Below, one piece after another: positions 1 to 9,509 of a stretch of DNA of 64,000 nucleotides. Both the position numbers and the translations under genes were made by a program. This DNA comes from Casimicrobiaceae bacterium (lineage in GTDB: Bacteria; Pseudomonadota; Gammaproteobacteria; Burkholderiales; Casimicrobiaceae), in NCBI GenBank assembly GCA_040006895.1, contig JBDTWB010000001.1:1802-65801 (forward strand), in the 5' to 3' direction. The notes under the pieces are model-generated. The model saw nothing but the letters and a program-made list of their open reading frames with translations. It searched no databases and had not been told where the DNA came from. How positions within the stretch are numbered: the first letter of the stretch is position 1; every line of letters begins with the position of its first letter.

Positions 1-147
1 GCTGGCGTAACGGGGTGTGCGTCGGCCACGGTTGCAAGGGGCTATCCCGCGAGGGCTACCGCCGTCCAGGACCGCAACCGTTCCGTTGGAAGCGGAGCCC
101 CGGGGCCGCTCAAAGGACGGCGCGGGGTCGCACAAACACGCCCAAAC

Positions 148-176
148 AAAAAGCCGGGCATCGAGCCCGGCTTTTT
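148..176. terminator. bidirectional intrinsic terminator just downstream of cspA
   Basis: G/C stem GCCGGGC (153-159) / GCCCGGC (165-171) with a 5-nt loop. It is flanked by an A-run (148-152) and a T-run (172-176), so it reads as hairpin plus U-tract on both strands. It lies 18 nt past the cspA stop. Confidence 0.7.
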
Positions 177-194
177 GCTGACGTGTGGTGTCGC

Positions 195-398
195 TTACGC
201 CGTCTGGATGTTGCTCGCTTGCTTGCCCTTCGGCCCGGTGGTGACTTCGAACTGCACCTTCTGGCCTTCCTTCAGGGTCTTGAATCCCGGCATGTTGATC
301 GCCGAGAAATGCGCGAACAGGTCTTCACCGCCGCCGTCCGGCGTGATGAATCCGAAACCCTTGGCGTCATTGAACCACTTCACAGTACCGGTTGCCAT
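195..398 (-). CDS. cspA: CspA-family cold-shock protein (67 aa)
   Basis: [34 protein letters not shown]... carries RNP1 (KGFGFI) and RNP2 (LFAHF) motifs. Start trimmed from the 195-542 ORF to the ATG at 398. Confidence 0.93.
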   Translation of the reverse strand: MATGTVKWFNDAKGFGFITPDGGGEDLFAHFSAINMPGFKTLKEGQKVQFEVTTGPKGKQASNIQTA

Positions 399-655
399 TT
401 TGCTGATTTCCTCAAGAGTAAGTAATGGGCGTGTGCCCGTCCGATGTTTCGATCTCAAGGAAAGAACGGCGTACGGCGCTGTAAGAGCACGTACAAGGCC
501 TAATTGCTGCCTTGGGACAAAACACGTGCGCGGAGAATACACAGAATCAGCGATGCGTGCCAGTATTTTTTACAACGTGTCAACCCCCGCCCGGGGCCCC
601 GAATCAAGCGCTTAGGGCTTGGCGGCCGATTCTCGGCAAATTGCACTACTTTGGT

Positions 656-1687
656 TCAACCGGCAGCCATTTCCCGCCTGACCAGGTCGGCCCCGGCGCC
701 CAGGGCGGCAAGTTTTCCCCGCGCGGTCGCCCGGGGAAGTGGGACCATGCCGCAGTTGGTACAGGGGAAGAGCCGCTCGGGCGAGACGTGCTTCATGGCC
801 GTGCGGATGGTACGCGCGACGTCCTCCGCCGTCTCGATCTGGTCGCTCGCGACGTCAATGCATCCCACCAGGACATCCTTGCCGCGAAGCAGGCCGAGGA
901 GGTCGATCGGTACGTGGGAGTTCGCGCATTCCAGCGAGACCTGGCGAATCGCCGACTGCGCGAGGAGAGGAAAGGTGTGCTCGTATTGCCGCCATTCGGC
1001 GCCGAGCGTGGCTTTCCAGTCGTTGTTCGCCTTGATGCCGTAGCCGTAACAGATATGGACGGCCGTGGTGCAGGGCAGATCGCGGGCCGCGCGCTCCAGC
1101 GTCGCAATACCCCAGTCCCGGACCTCGTCGAAATAGACGTTGAAGGCGGGCTCGTCGAACTGGATTACGTCGATCCCCGTAGCTGCGATTGCCAGTGCCT
1201 CCTCGTTCAGGATCTCGGCGAATGCCCAGGCGAGTTTCTCGCGGCTCCGGTAGTGCCCGTCGTAGAGGGTGTCGACCATCGTCATCGGACCGGGAAGCGT
1301 GTACTTCACCTTGCGGTCCGTCGTCCCGCGCAGGAACCGGGCGTCCTCGACGAATATGGGACCGGTGCGTGCAACCGGTCCGACGACCACGGGCACGTCG
1401 GCGTCATACCGATTGCGAATCCTGACCGTGCGCTTGTGCTGAAAATCGACGCCCTCGAGGCCCTCGATGAACGTGGTCACGAAGTGGCGACGGGTCTGTT
1501 CGCCGTCCGTCAGGATGTCGATGCCGGCCCGTTCCTGCTCTGCCACGACCACGCGGACTGCGTCGCGCTTGCCTTCGGCGAGGGCATCGCCTTCCAGCAG
1601 CCACGGCGCCCAGAGCGAACCCGGCGCGGCAAGCCAGCGGGGTTTGGGCAGACTTCCGGCCAGCGTGGTTTGCAGTAACTTGGGCAT
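656..1687 (-). CDS. short (343 aa) MetE-like protein, cobalamin-independent methionine synthase catalytic-domain family
   Basis: MPKLLQTTLAGSLPKP..., ILTDGEQ, IQFDEPA, and Zn-ligand-like motifs VHICYGYG (HxC) and FPCTNCGM. These are typical of the single-domain MetE/URO-D-like family. GGAGAAG lies upstream of the ATG. Confidence 0.85.
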   Translation of the reverse strand: MPKLLQTTLAGSLPKPRWLAAPGSLWAPWLLEGDALAEGKRDAVRVVVAEQERAGIDILTDGEQTRRHFVTTFIEGLEGVDFQHKRTVRIRNRYDADVPVVVGPVARTGPIFVEDARFLRGTTDRKVKYTLPGPMTMVDTLYDGHYRSREKLAWAFAEILNEEALAIAATGIDVIQFDEPAFNVYFDEVRDWGIATLERAARDLPCTTAVHICYGYGIKANNDWKATLGAEWRQYEHTFPLLAQSAIRQVSLECANSHVPIDLLGLLRGKDVLVGCIDVASDQIETAEDVARTIRTAMKHVSPERLFPCTNCGMVPLPRATARGKLAALGAGADLVRREMAAG

Positions 1688-1853
1688 GGCACTTCTCCGT
1701 CGAGGCGCCGATTATAGAGTGTGCGTGGCCAGGGTTTGTCGAACGCGGCAAGGCTCGGCGCCGCGCGCCGCCCGGTCCGGCGCCGAACCCGGTCGACGCT
1801 CTTGACCCGTCGCCTCACCCCACGTACCGTGGCGCGACTCCGCAAGCGCCGCC

Positions 1854-2819
1854 ATGACCCGCATACTGCTTTCCGATCACGATTACCCCGACATCGCGCT
1901 CGAAGAAGAACTCTTCCGAGGTGCCGGTATCGAGCTTGCAACCGCCCAGTGCCGGACGGAGGACGACGTGATCGCCGCCGCGCAAGGCTGTCGCGCAATC
2001 CTGCTCCAGTACGCACCGATTACCGCACGGGTCGTGGCCGCGCTGCCCGACCTCGGCATCGTGAGCCGCTACGGCGCCGGGTTCGACACCATCGACGTCG
2101 ATGCCTGTGCGCGGCACGGCATCTGGGTCGCCAATTCGCCCGACTACGGCGTCGGCGAAGTCGCGACCCATGCCCTCGCCCTGGCCCTCTCCGCAATGCG
2201 CCACATCGTGGCGTACGACCGTGATATCCGCGCCGGAAGGTGGCACTATCTTTCCGCAGGAGAAGTGCGTCGCGCGAGCGCGATGACGCTCGGCATTGTC
2301 GGCCTCGGTCGCATCGGCAAGCGCATGGCGCACGTCAGCCGCAACGTCTTTCGCCGGGTGATCGCCTGTGATCCGCACATCATCGACGGCGACTTTCCGG
2401 CGTACGTGGACCGCGCCGGATTACGTGACGTCTTCGCCCAGAGCGACGTGGTCTCGCTGCACGTGCCGCTCAACGCCGAGACGCGCGGCATGGTCGACGC
2501 GGGGGTAATCGCGGCAATGCGGCCGGGCAGCTATCTCGTCAACACCGCGCGTGGCGCCGTCGTCGACGTGGACGCAGCCGTGGCGGCGGTGCAGAATGGC
2601 ACGCTTGCCGGGCTTGCGCTCGACGTGCTGCCGCAGGAACCCGTGGCGCCGGGGTCCGCATTGCTGGCCGACCCGCGCATCATACTTTCGCCCCATGCCG
2701 CGTTCTTTTCGGTCGAATCCGAGCGGGAGTTGCGCGAGAAGGCGGCCCGGAATATCGTCACGTGGCTGAAGAGCGGACGGCCCGAGTACGTCGTGACACC
2801 GGGCACGCGACACCCGTAG
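1854..2819 (+). CDS. D-isomer-specific 2-hydroxyacid dehydrogenase family, NAD-binding
   Basis: GIVGLGRIGKRMA Rossmann motif, ...SLHVPL..., NTARG, and a PHAAF-type catalytic His region. Confidence 0.85.
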   Translation: MTRILLSDHDYPDIALEEELFRGAGIELATAQCRTEDDVIAAAQGCRAILLQYAPITARVVAALPDLGIVSRYGAGFDTIDVDACARHGIWVANSPDYGVGEVATHALALALSAMRHIVAYDRDIRAGRWHYLSAGEVRRASAMTLGIVGLGRIGKRMAHVSRNVFRRVIACDPHIIDGDFPAYVDRAGLRDVFAQSDVVSLHVPLNAETRGMVDAGVIAAMRPGSYLVNTARGAVVDVDAAVAAVQNGTLAGLALDVLPQEPVAPGSALLADPRIILSPHAAFFSVESERELREKAARNIVTWLKSGRPEYVVTPGTRHP

Positions 2820-2906
2820 CATCGGATCGGACGCATCGGCGCGCGCCGGTCCGACAGCACGCCGAGCCGGCCGAAGATGCCGGCCGCGACGACATCGAGG
2901 AAGAGC

Positions 2907-3983
<1,077 letters not shown>

Positions 3984-4043
3984 CTTGCCGGTCCGGATCA
4001 TTGCTGTAGCCCCGCCCACAAACGAGTAACCAAGGAGGATTGC

Positions 4044-5366
4044 ATGAGCGATACCAAACGTCGGGATTTCCTGAAGACGACGGCCGGTGTAGCCGCAGGC
4101 GCGGCGCTCGGACCGCTCGTCTGGGTGAAGAACGCCGAAGCCCAGGAGTGGAAGAGCGCTCCGGAGAAGGGCGCCAAGCTGCGGGTGCTGCGCTGGAGCC
4201 GGTTCGTGCAGGGCGACATCGACCAGTACATGGCGAACGTCAAGAAATTCCAGGACAAGTACGGCATCGAGGTGCGGGTCGACAACGAGGGCTGGGAGGA
4301 CGTTCGCCCGAAGGCTGCGGTCGCGGCCAACACCGGCGCAGGGCCGGACATCATCCTGTCGACCAACGACGATGCCAACCTGTATCCGGACAAGCTCGTC
4401 GACGTGTCCGACGTCTGCAACTACCTCGGGGCGAAATACGGCGGCTGGTATCCGGTATGCGAGCAGTACCTCAAGCCGGACGGCAAGCGCTGGATCGGCG
4501 TGCCCCTGGGCTGCGCGGGCAATGCAGTCGTGTACCGCGCCAGCATGGTCAAGGCGGCGGGCTTCGATGGCATCCCCAAGGACACCGACGGCTTCCTCAA
4601 GCTCATGAAGGCGCTGCACGCGAAGGGCACGCCGGGCGGATTCGCGCTGGGCAACGCCACGGGCGACGGCAACACGTGGTGTCACTGGGTGGTCTGGGCG
4701 CACGGCGGCAAGATGGTCGACCAGAACAACAAGGTCGTGATCGACAGCCCGGAGACGATCCGGGCGCTCGAGTATGCGAAGGAGCTCTACTCGACCTTCA
4801 TCCCCGGGACGCTGTCCTGGCTCGATCCCAACAACAACAAGGCTTTCCTCGACAGCCAGCTCTCGGTGACCGCCAACGGGATCTCGGTCTATTACGCCGC
4901 CAAGAATGCCTCGGATCCGAAGATCAAGGACCTGGAGCCGGACATCTTCCACGCCAACTTTCCGGTCGGACCGGCGGGACGTCCTACGGAGTTCAACCTG
5001 TTCTTCAACCAGATGGTCTTCAAGTACAGCAAATACCCCAAGGCCGCGAAGGAATTCCTGCGCTTCATGATGGAGCCTGATCAGATCAATCCTTGGGTCT
5101 CGGCGGCAATCGGCTACGTGACGCCGGCATTGCGCCTGTACGAGAACCACCCGGTATGGAAGGACCCCAAGGCGACGCCCTATCGGGATGCGATGAAGAT
5201 CATGCTGCCCTCGGGTTATGCCGGCAAGCTCGGGTACGCGTCGGCTGGCGCGCTGGCGGACTTCATCATGGTGAACATGGTGGCCGAAGCTGCCTCCGGG
5301 TCGAAGAGTCCGAAGGAAGCGGCCGAGCGGGCGCAGAAGCGGGCGGAGCGCTATTACAAGGTCTGA
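4044..5366 (+). CDS. ABC transporter substrate-binding protein (extracellular solute-binding family 1) with twin-arginine-type signal
   Basis: N-terminus MSDTKRRDFLKTTAGVAAGAALG...AEA. AAGGAGG SD upstream. Length and position between the ATPase and permeases fit an SBP. Confidence 0.88.
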   Translation: MSDTKRRDFLKTTAGVAAGAALGPLVWVKNAEAQEWKSAPEKGAKLRVLRWSRFVQGDIDQYMANVKKFQDKYGIEVRVDNEGWEDVRPKAAVAANTGAGPDIILSTNDDANLYPDKLVDVSDVCNYLGAKYGGWYPVCEQYLKPDGKRWIGVPLGCAGNAVVYRASMVKAAGFDGIPKDTDGFLKLMKALHAKGTPGGFALGNATGDGNTWCHWVVWAHGGKMVDQNNKVVIDSPETIRALEYAKELYSTFIPGTLSWLDPNNNKAFLDSQLSVTANGISVYYAAKNASDPKIKDLEPDIFHANFPVGPAGRPTEFNLFFNQMVFKYSKYPKAAKEFLRFMMEPDQINPWVSAAIGYVTPALRLYENHPVWKDPKATPYRDAMKIMLPSGYAGKLGYASAGALADFIMVNMVAEAASGSKSPKEAAERAQKRAERYYKV

Positions 5367-5570
5367 TATTCCGTCGTGCATGGATCGCACGACGGATACC
5401 AGCGCGCGTTGAACCGGTGTGTAATGCCGGTTGACGCGCGCAACCGCCAGCGCTCCCTTCGGTACAACAGATGACCCCTTACGCTTCATCCGCTGGTGCG
5501 TGCCGGGTGCCGACGATCGCGAAGGTCGTTACGTTCGCCGTGCATCCGGGACGTGGGCTAGAGCCCTGAG

Positions 5571-6521
5571 ATGGCAAGCACCGCAACCACGCCCGTACGA
5601 GCGCCGACAGCTTCGAGCCGGTTGGAGCGTGCGCTCGACAACCGCCACGTCCTCGGGGTGCTGTTCATGCTGCCCGCGGCCGTGCTGCTCCTGGTCTTCC
5701 TGACCTATCCGCTCGGACTGGGCACGTACCTCGGCTTCACCGACACCAAGATCGGCCGCGGCGGCGAATGGATCGGGCTGGAGAATTACATCTACCTGTG
5801 GGGCGACGACGTCACCCGCCTGGCGCTCTTCAACACGCTTTTCTACACGACCGTCGCCAGCATCATCAAGTTCGGTCTGGGCCTGTGGCTCGCGCTGCTG
5901 CTCAACAAGCACCTGCCGTTCAAGTCGTTCTTCCGGGCGATCGTGCTGCTGCCCTTCATCGTGCCGACGGCCTTGTCGGCGATCGCCTTCTGGTGGATCT
6001 ACGATTCGCAGTTCTCGATCATCAGCTGGGGGCTCGTGCGCCTCGGGCTCATCGATCACTACATCGACTTCCTCGGCGATCCCTGGAACGCGCGCTTCTC
6101 GGTCATTGCCGCCAACATCTGGCGGGGTGTGCCGTTCGTGGCGATCTGCCTGCTCGCGGGGCTGCAGACCATCTCGCCTTCGTATTACGAGGCCGCCAGT
6201 CTCGACGGCGCTACCGAGTGGCAGCAGTTCCGACACGTCACCCTGCCGCTACTGACCCCGATCATCGCCGTCGTGATGACGTTCTCGGTGCTCTTCACGT
6301 TCACCGACTTCCAGCTGATCTACGTGCTGACCCGCGGCGGCCCGCTCAACGCCACCCATCTCATGGCGACGCTGTCCTTCCAGCGGGCGATTCCCGGAGG
6401 CAGCCTCGGCGAGGGCGCCGCGATCGCGACGGCGATGGTGCCTTTCCTGCTGGGAGCGATCCTGATCTCGTACTACGGCCTGCAACGGCGAGCGTGGCAG
6501 CAAGGCGGAGACGATCGATGA
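5571..6521 (+). CDS. sugar ABC transporter permease (MalF/UgpA-like)
   Basis: Multi-TM protein with an EAA-type loop (YYEAASLDGATEWQQFRHVTLP). Confidence 0.88.
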   Translation: MASTATTPVRAPTASSRLERALDNRHVLGVLFMLPAAVLLLVFLTYPLGLGTYLGFTDTKIGRGGEWIGLENYIYLWGDDVTRLALFNTLFYTTVASIIKFGLGLWLALLLNKHLPFKSFFRAIVLLPFIVPTALSAIAFWWIYDSQFSIISWGLVRLGLIDHYIDFLGDPWNARFSVIAANIWRGVPFVAICLLAGLQTISPSYYEAASLDGATEWQQFRHVTLPLLTPIIAVVMTFSVLFTFTDFQLIYVLTRGGPLNATHLMATLSFQRAIPGGSLGEGAAIATAMVPFLLGAILISYYGLQRRAWQQGGDDR

Positions 6522-7405
6522 GCGCGGCACCCGCAACACCCGAGACCGTCGATTCCCAGGGGATGAATTACCTCACCTCGCTGCCCCGCCGGGTGGTGAA
6601 CGTGTACCTGCCGCTGGTAGTGTTCCTGATCGTGTTGCTCTTCCCGTTCTACTGGATGGTCATCACCAGTGTGAAGCCGAACGAGGAGCTGCTCGCCCAC
6701 GAGGGCAATCCATTCTGGGTCTACCATCCGACACTCGATCACATCAAGAAGCTGCTGTTCGATACGGCGTATCCCGAGTGGCTCTGGAACACCGTCGTGA
6801 TCTCCGTGGTCGCGACGCTGCTGTCGCTATTTTGCAGCGTGCTCGCCGCCTACTCGATCGAACGATTGCGCTTTCGCGGGTCGCGCTACGTCGGGATGAG
6901 CATCTTCCTCGCCTACCTGGTGCCGCCGTCGGTGCTGTTCATCCCGCTCGCCACGATGGTGTACCAGTTGCACCTCTTCGATACCCGCTGGGCGCTGATC
7001 CTGACGTACCCCACGTTCCTGATCCCGTTCTGCACCTGGCTGCTGATGGGCTATTTCAAGTCGATACCCTTCGAGCTCGAGGAGTGCGCGCTGATCGACG
7101 GCGCGACCCGGTTGCAGATCCTGGTCAAGATCATCCTGCCCCTCGCCGTACCCGGGCTGATATCCGCCGGCATCTTTTCCTTCACCCTGTCGTGGAATGA
7201 GTTCATCTATGCCCTGACCTTCATCTCTTCTTCGGAGGTGAAGACCGTGCCGGTGGCGGTGGTCACCGAGCTGGTCGAGGGTGACGTCTACCACTGGGGC
7301 TCGCTGATGGCCGGGGCGCTGTTCGGCTCCCTGCCGGTTGCACTGCTGTACTCGTTCTTCGTGGAGTACTACGTCTCCGGTCTCACCGGAGCGGTGAAGG
7401 AGTAG
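6518..7405 (+). CDS. sugar ABC transporter permease (MalG/UgpE-like)
   Basis: The ATG at 6518 overlaps the upstream stop (ATGA). FPFYWMVITSVK and an EAA loop (ECALIDGATRLQILVKIILP). The listed 5768-7405 ORF is an upstream out-of-gene extension. Confidence 0.88.
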   Translation: MSAAPATPETVDSQGMNYLTSLPRRVVNVYLPLVVFLIVLLFPFYWMVITSVKPNEELLAHEGNPFWVYHPTLDHIKKLLFDTAYPEWLWNTVVISVVATLLSLFCSVLAAYSIERLRFRGSRYVGMSIFLAYLVPPSVLFIPLATMVYQLHLFDTRWALILTYPTFLIPFCTWLLMGYFKSIPFELEECALIDGATRLQILVKIILPLAVPGLISAGIFSFTLSWNEFIYALTFISSSEVKTVPVAVVTELVEGDVYHWGSLMAGALFGSLPVALLYSFFVEYYVSGLTGAVKE

Positions 7406-7569
7406 GGCGGCGTCCCGACGCGCATGCAGCGCATACGTCGCGGCAATCCCGGGGACGGCCGTCTCGCGCCGGTTCGACCGCGTGGAGGCGACGACCGGCA
7501 GCGGTTGATTTCCCGGGCGACGCCCCCATCTCGGCTCGGTTAGAATAGGCAATTCCAGAGGAGCCGGCC

Positions 7570-7890
7570 ATGAGCGTTCAGGACACCATTCGGCAACAGG
7601 TCACGGGCGATCGCGTCGTCCTGTACATGAAGGGCACGCCGCAATTCCCGCAATGTGGTTTCTCCAGCGCGGCGGTGCAGATGCTGAAGTCGTGCGGCGT
7701 CGACGATTTCGCGACCGTCAACGTGCTCGCCAATGACGAGATCCGTCAGGGCATCAAGGCCTACGCCAACTGGCCGACCATTCCGCAGCTGTACGTGAAT
7801 GGCGAATTCGTCGGTGGCGCGGACATCATGCGGGAAATGTACGAGTCGGGTGAGTTGCAGACCGTCCTGAAGGGCGCGACGGCCGCCTGA
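7570..7890 (+). CDS. grxD: monothiol glutaredoxin (Grx4 family)
   Basis: [17 protein letters not shown] (CGFS active site) and [16 protein letters not shown]. Confidence 0.93.
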   Translation: MSVQDTIRQQVTGDRVVLYMKGTPQFPQCGFSSAAVQMLKSCGVDDFATVNVLANDEIRQGIKAYANWPTIPQLYVNGEFVGGADIMREMYESGELQTVLKGATAA

Positions 7891-7911
7891 CGCGCCTTCC
7901 TCCCCGACTCG

Positions 7912-7942
7912 AAGGCCGCGCCCGTGCGCGGCCTTTTGTTTG
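7912..7942 (+). terminator. intrinsic terminator after grxD
   Basis: Stem AAGGCCGCGC (7912-7921) / GCGCGGCCTT (7926-7935), 4-nt loop, followed by TTGTTTG. Confidence 0.7.
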
Positions 7943-8000
7943 GGCGGGCTGCACGTCGCTTCGCAAGCGGCTGCGCCGACCCGGCGCGCCCAACGCTGAT

Positions 8001-8039
8001 TGCACCAAAATGGAATCGTGCCAGCACCACAAACGGGCA
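8001..8039 (+). promoter_or_regulatory. possible NtrC-type upstream activator sites for amt
   Basis: TGCACCAAAATGGAATC (8001-8017) matches the left half and centre of the TGCACC-N5-GGTGCA NtrC consensus. AGCACCACAAACGGGCA (8023-8039) is a second, weaker site. Both lie about 65-100 bp upstream of the -24/-12 element. Confidence 0.35.
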
Positions 8040-8101
8040 TTGCTGCGCGCGGCCTCGCCGTCTTAAGTCGTAAGGGTTTGATCCATAGGCCCGCGTCGGG
8101 C

Positions 8102-8117
8102 TGGCATGGGGCCTGCT
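8102..8117 (+). promoter_or_regulatory. sigma-54 (-24/-12) type promoter upstream of amt
   Basis: TGGCATGGGGCCTGCT has GG and GC with the exact spacing of the TGGCACG-N4-TTGCW consensus. It is about 80 bp upstream of the amt ATG. Confidence 0.5.
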
Positions 8118-8196
8118 CCGGATTTGTGCAGGTCGCGGGAGCGCGGCCCAATTGCGAGCGTCGGGTCTGCCGCCGCCATACGCCACGAGGGGATCC

Positions 8197-9399
8197 ATGG
8201 ATGGGCTGAAAACGGGCAGCGACACGCTGTTCCTGCTGCTGGGTGCTGTGATGGTATTGGCGATGCACGCTGGATTCGCGTTTCTCGAACTCGGCACCGT
8301 GCGCAAGAAGAACCAGGTCAATGCGCTGGTCAAGATCCTGGTCGACTTCAGCGTGTCGACGGTGGCCTACTTCTTCATCGGTTACGCGGTTGCCTACGGG
8401 ACGACGTTTTTCAGCGGCGCGGAGGCGCTGGCCGCCAGGAACGGCTACGAGCTGGTCCGTTTCTTTTTCCTGCTGACGTTCGCCGCGGCCATACCGGCCA
8501 TCGTGTCGGGGGGCATTGCCGAGCGCGCCCGATTCAATCCGCAGCTCGCGGCGACGGTTGCCCTGGTGGGCCTCGTGTATCCGTTTTTCGAAGGCATCGC
8601 CTGGAACCAGCACTACGGTATCCAGGCCTGGATGAAGGCGATGTTCGGCGAGGAGTTCCACGATTTCGCCGGCAGCGTGGTCGTGCATGCCTTCGGCGGC
8701 TGGGTCGCGCTTGTCGCGGTGCTGCTCCTCGGCGCGCGCCGCGGCCGTTACTCCCGCGATGGCGGCATCGCGGCGCATCCACCCTCGTCGATTCCTTTCC
8801 TGGCACTCGGGGCATGGATCCTTTCCGTCGGCTGGTTCGGCTTCAACGTAATGTCGGCCCAGACGCTCGACAAGATCTCGGGACTCGTTGCCGTGAACTC
8901 CCTCATGGCCATGGCGGGAGGCACGATCGCTGCATTCGTCGCCGGTCGCAACGACCCGGGCTTCGTGCACAACGGACCGCTTGCCGGGCTGGTGGCGGTG
9001 TGCGCCGGCTCGGACGTGATGCATCCGATCGGTGCCCTCGTCACGGGCTCGGTCGCGGGTGGGCTGTTCGTCTATCTCTTCACCCAGACCCAGAACCGCC
9101 TGCGTGTCGACGACGTGCTCGGCGTATGGCCGCTGCACGGCGTGTGCGGAGCGTGGGGTGGCATCGCCGCCGGCGTGTTCGGCGCCAAGGCGTTGGGAGG
9201 ACTCGGTGGCGTCGCGATGGGCTCGCAGGTGCTCGGCACGCTTCTCGGCATCACGGTCGCCGTGGCGGGCGCGCTCGCGATCTACGGCATCCTCAAGCTG
9301 TTGGTCGGCCTGCGGCTCGATCCCGAGGAAGAATTCAACGGCGCCGATCTCACCATCCACAAGATCACTGCAACGCCGGAGCGGGAGGCAAGCTGGTGA
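8197..9399 (+). CDS. amt: ammonium transporter (Amt family)
   Basis: MDGLKTGSDTLFLLLGAVMVLAMHAGFAFLELG..., with about 11 TM segments and AGSVVVHAFGGW. ATG at 8197 is preceded by GAGGGGA; the ORF start at 8152 was trimmed. Confidence 0.92.
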   Translation: MDGLKTGSDTLFLLLGAVMVLAMHAGFAFLELGTVRKKNQVNALVKILVDFSVSTVAYFFIGYAVAYGTTFFSGAEALAARNGYELVRFFFLLTFAAAIPAIVSGGIAERARFNPQLAATVALVGLVYPFFEGIAWNQHYGIQAWMKAMFGEEFHDFAGSVVVHAFGGWVALVAVLLLGARRGRYSRDGGIAAHPPSSIPFLALGAWILSVGWFGFNVMSAQTLDKISGLVAVNSLMAMAGGTIAAFVAGRNDPGFVHNGPLAGLVAVCAGSDVMHPIGALVTGSVAGGLFVYLFTQTQNRLRVDDVLGVWPLHGVCGAWGGIAAGVFGAKALGGLGGVAMGSQVLGTLLGITVAVAGALAIYGILKLLVGLRLDPEEEFNGADLTIHKITATPEREASW

Positions 9400-9509
9400 G
9401 CGAAGCCGACCCTGCCCGCGATGGAACCCCTCTCGAATCGCGGCGCGGCGGAGCCGCTGCCGGGCAACGACCGGCGCACGCGCACGGCGGCTCCCCGAGG
9501 GCTTGGCGC

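Noticed and set aside
15-615. Plus-strand ORFs 15-425 and 175-615 across the cspA locus.
   Set aside because: They are antisense to the unmistakable cspA gene and its leader, and have junk composition.
1688-1853. Possible cobalamin or SAM riboswitch upstream of the MetE-like gene.
   Set aside because: Only 166 bp is shared with a divergent gene. A TATAAT box lies about 25 nt from the ATG, leaving a very short leader. I could not find a B12-box-like or SAM-motif-like sequence.
5768-6517. Upstream part of the 545-aa ORF 5768-7405, which would fuse extra sequence onto the second sugar permease.
   Set aside because: The N-terminal 250 aa are Arg/Pro-rich out-of-frame translation of the first permease gene. 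An ATG at 6518 overlapping the upstream stop gives a normal MalG-like permease.
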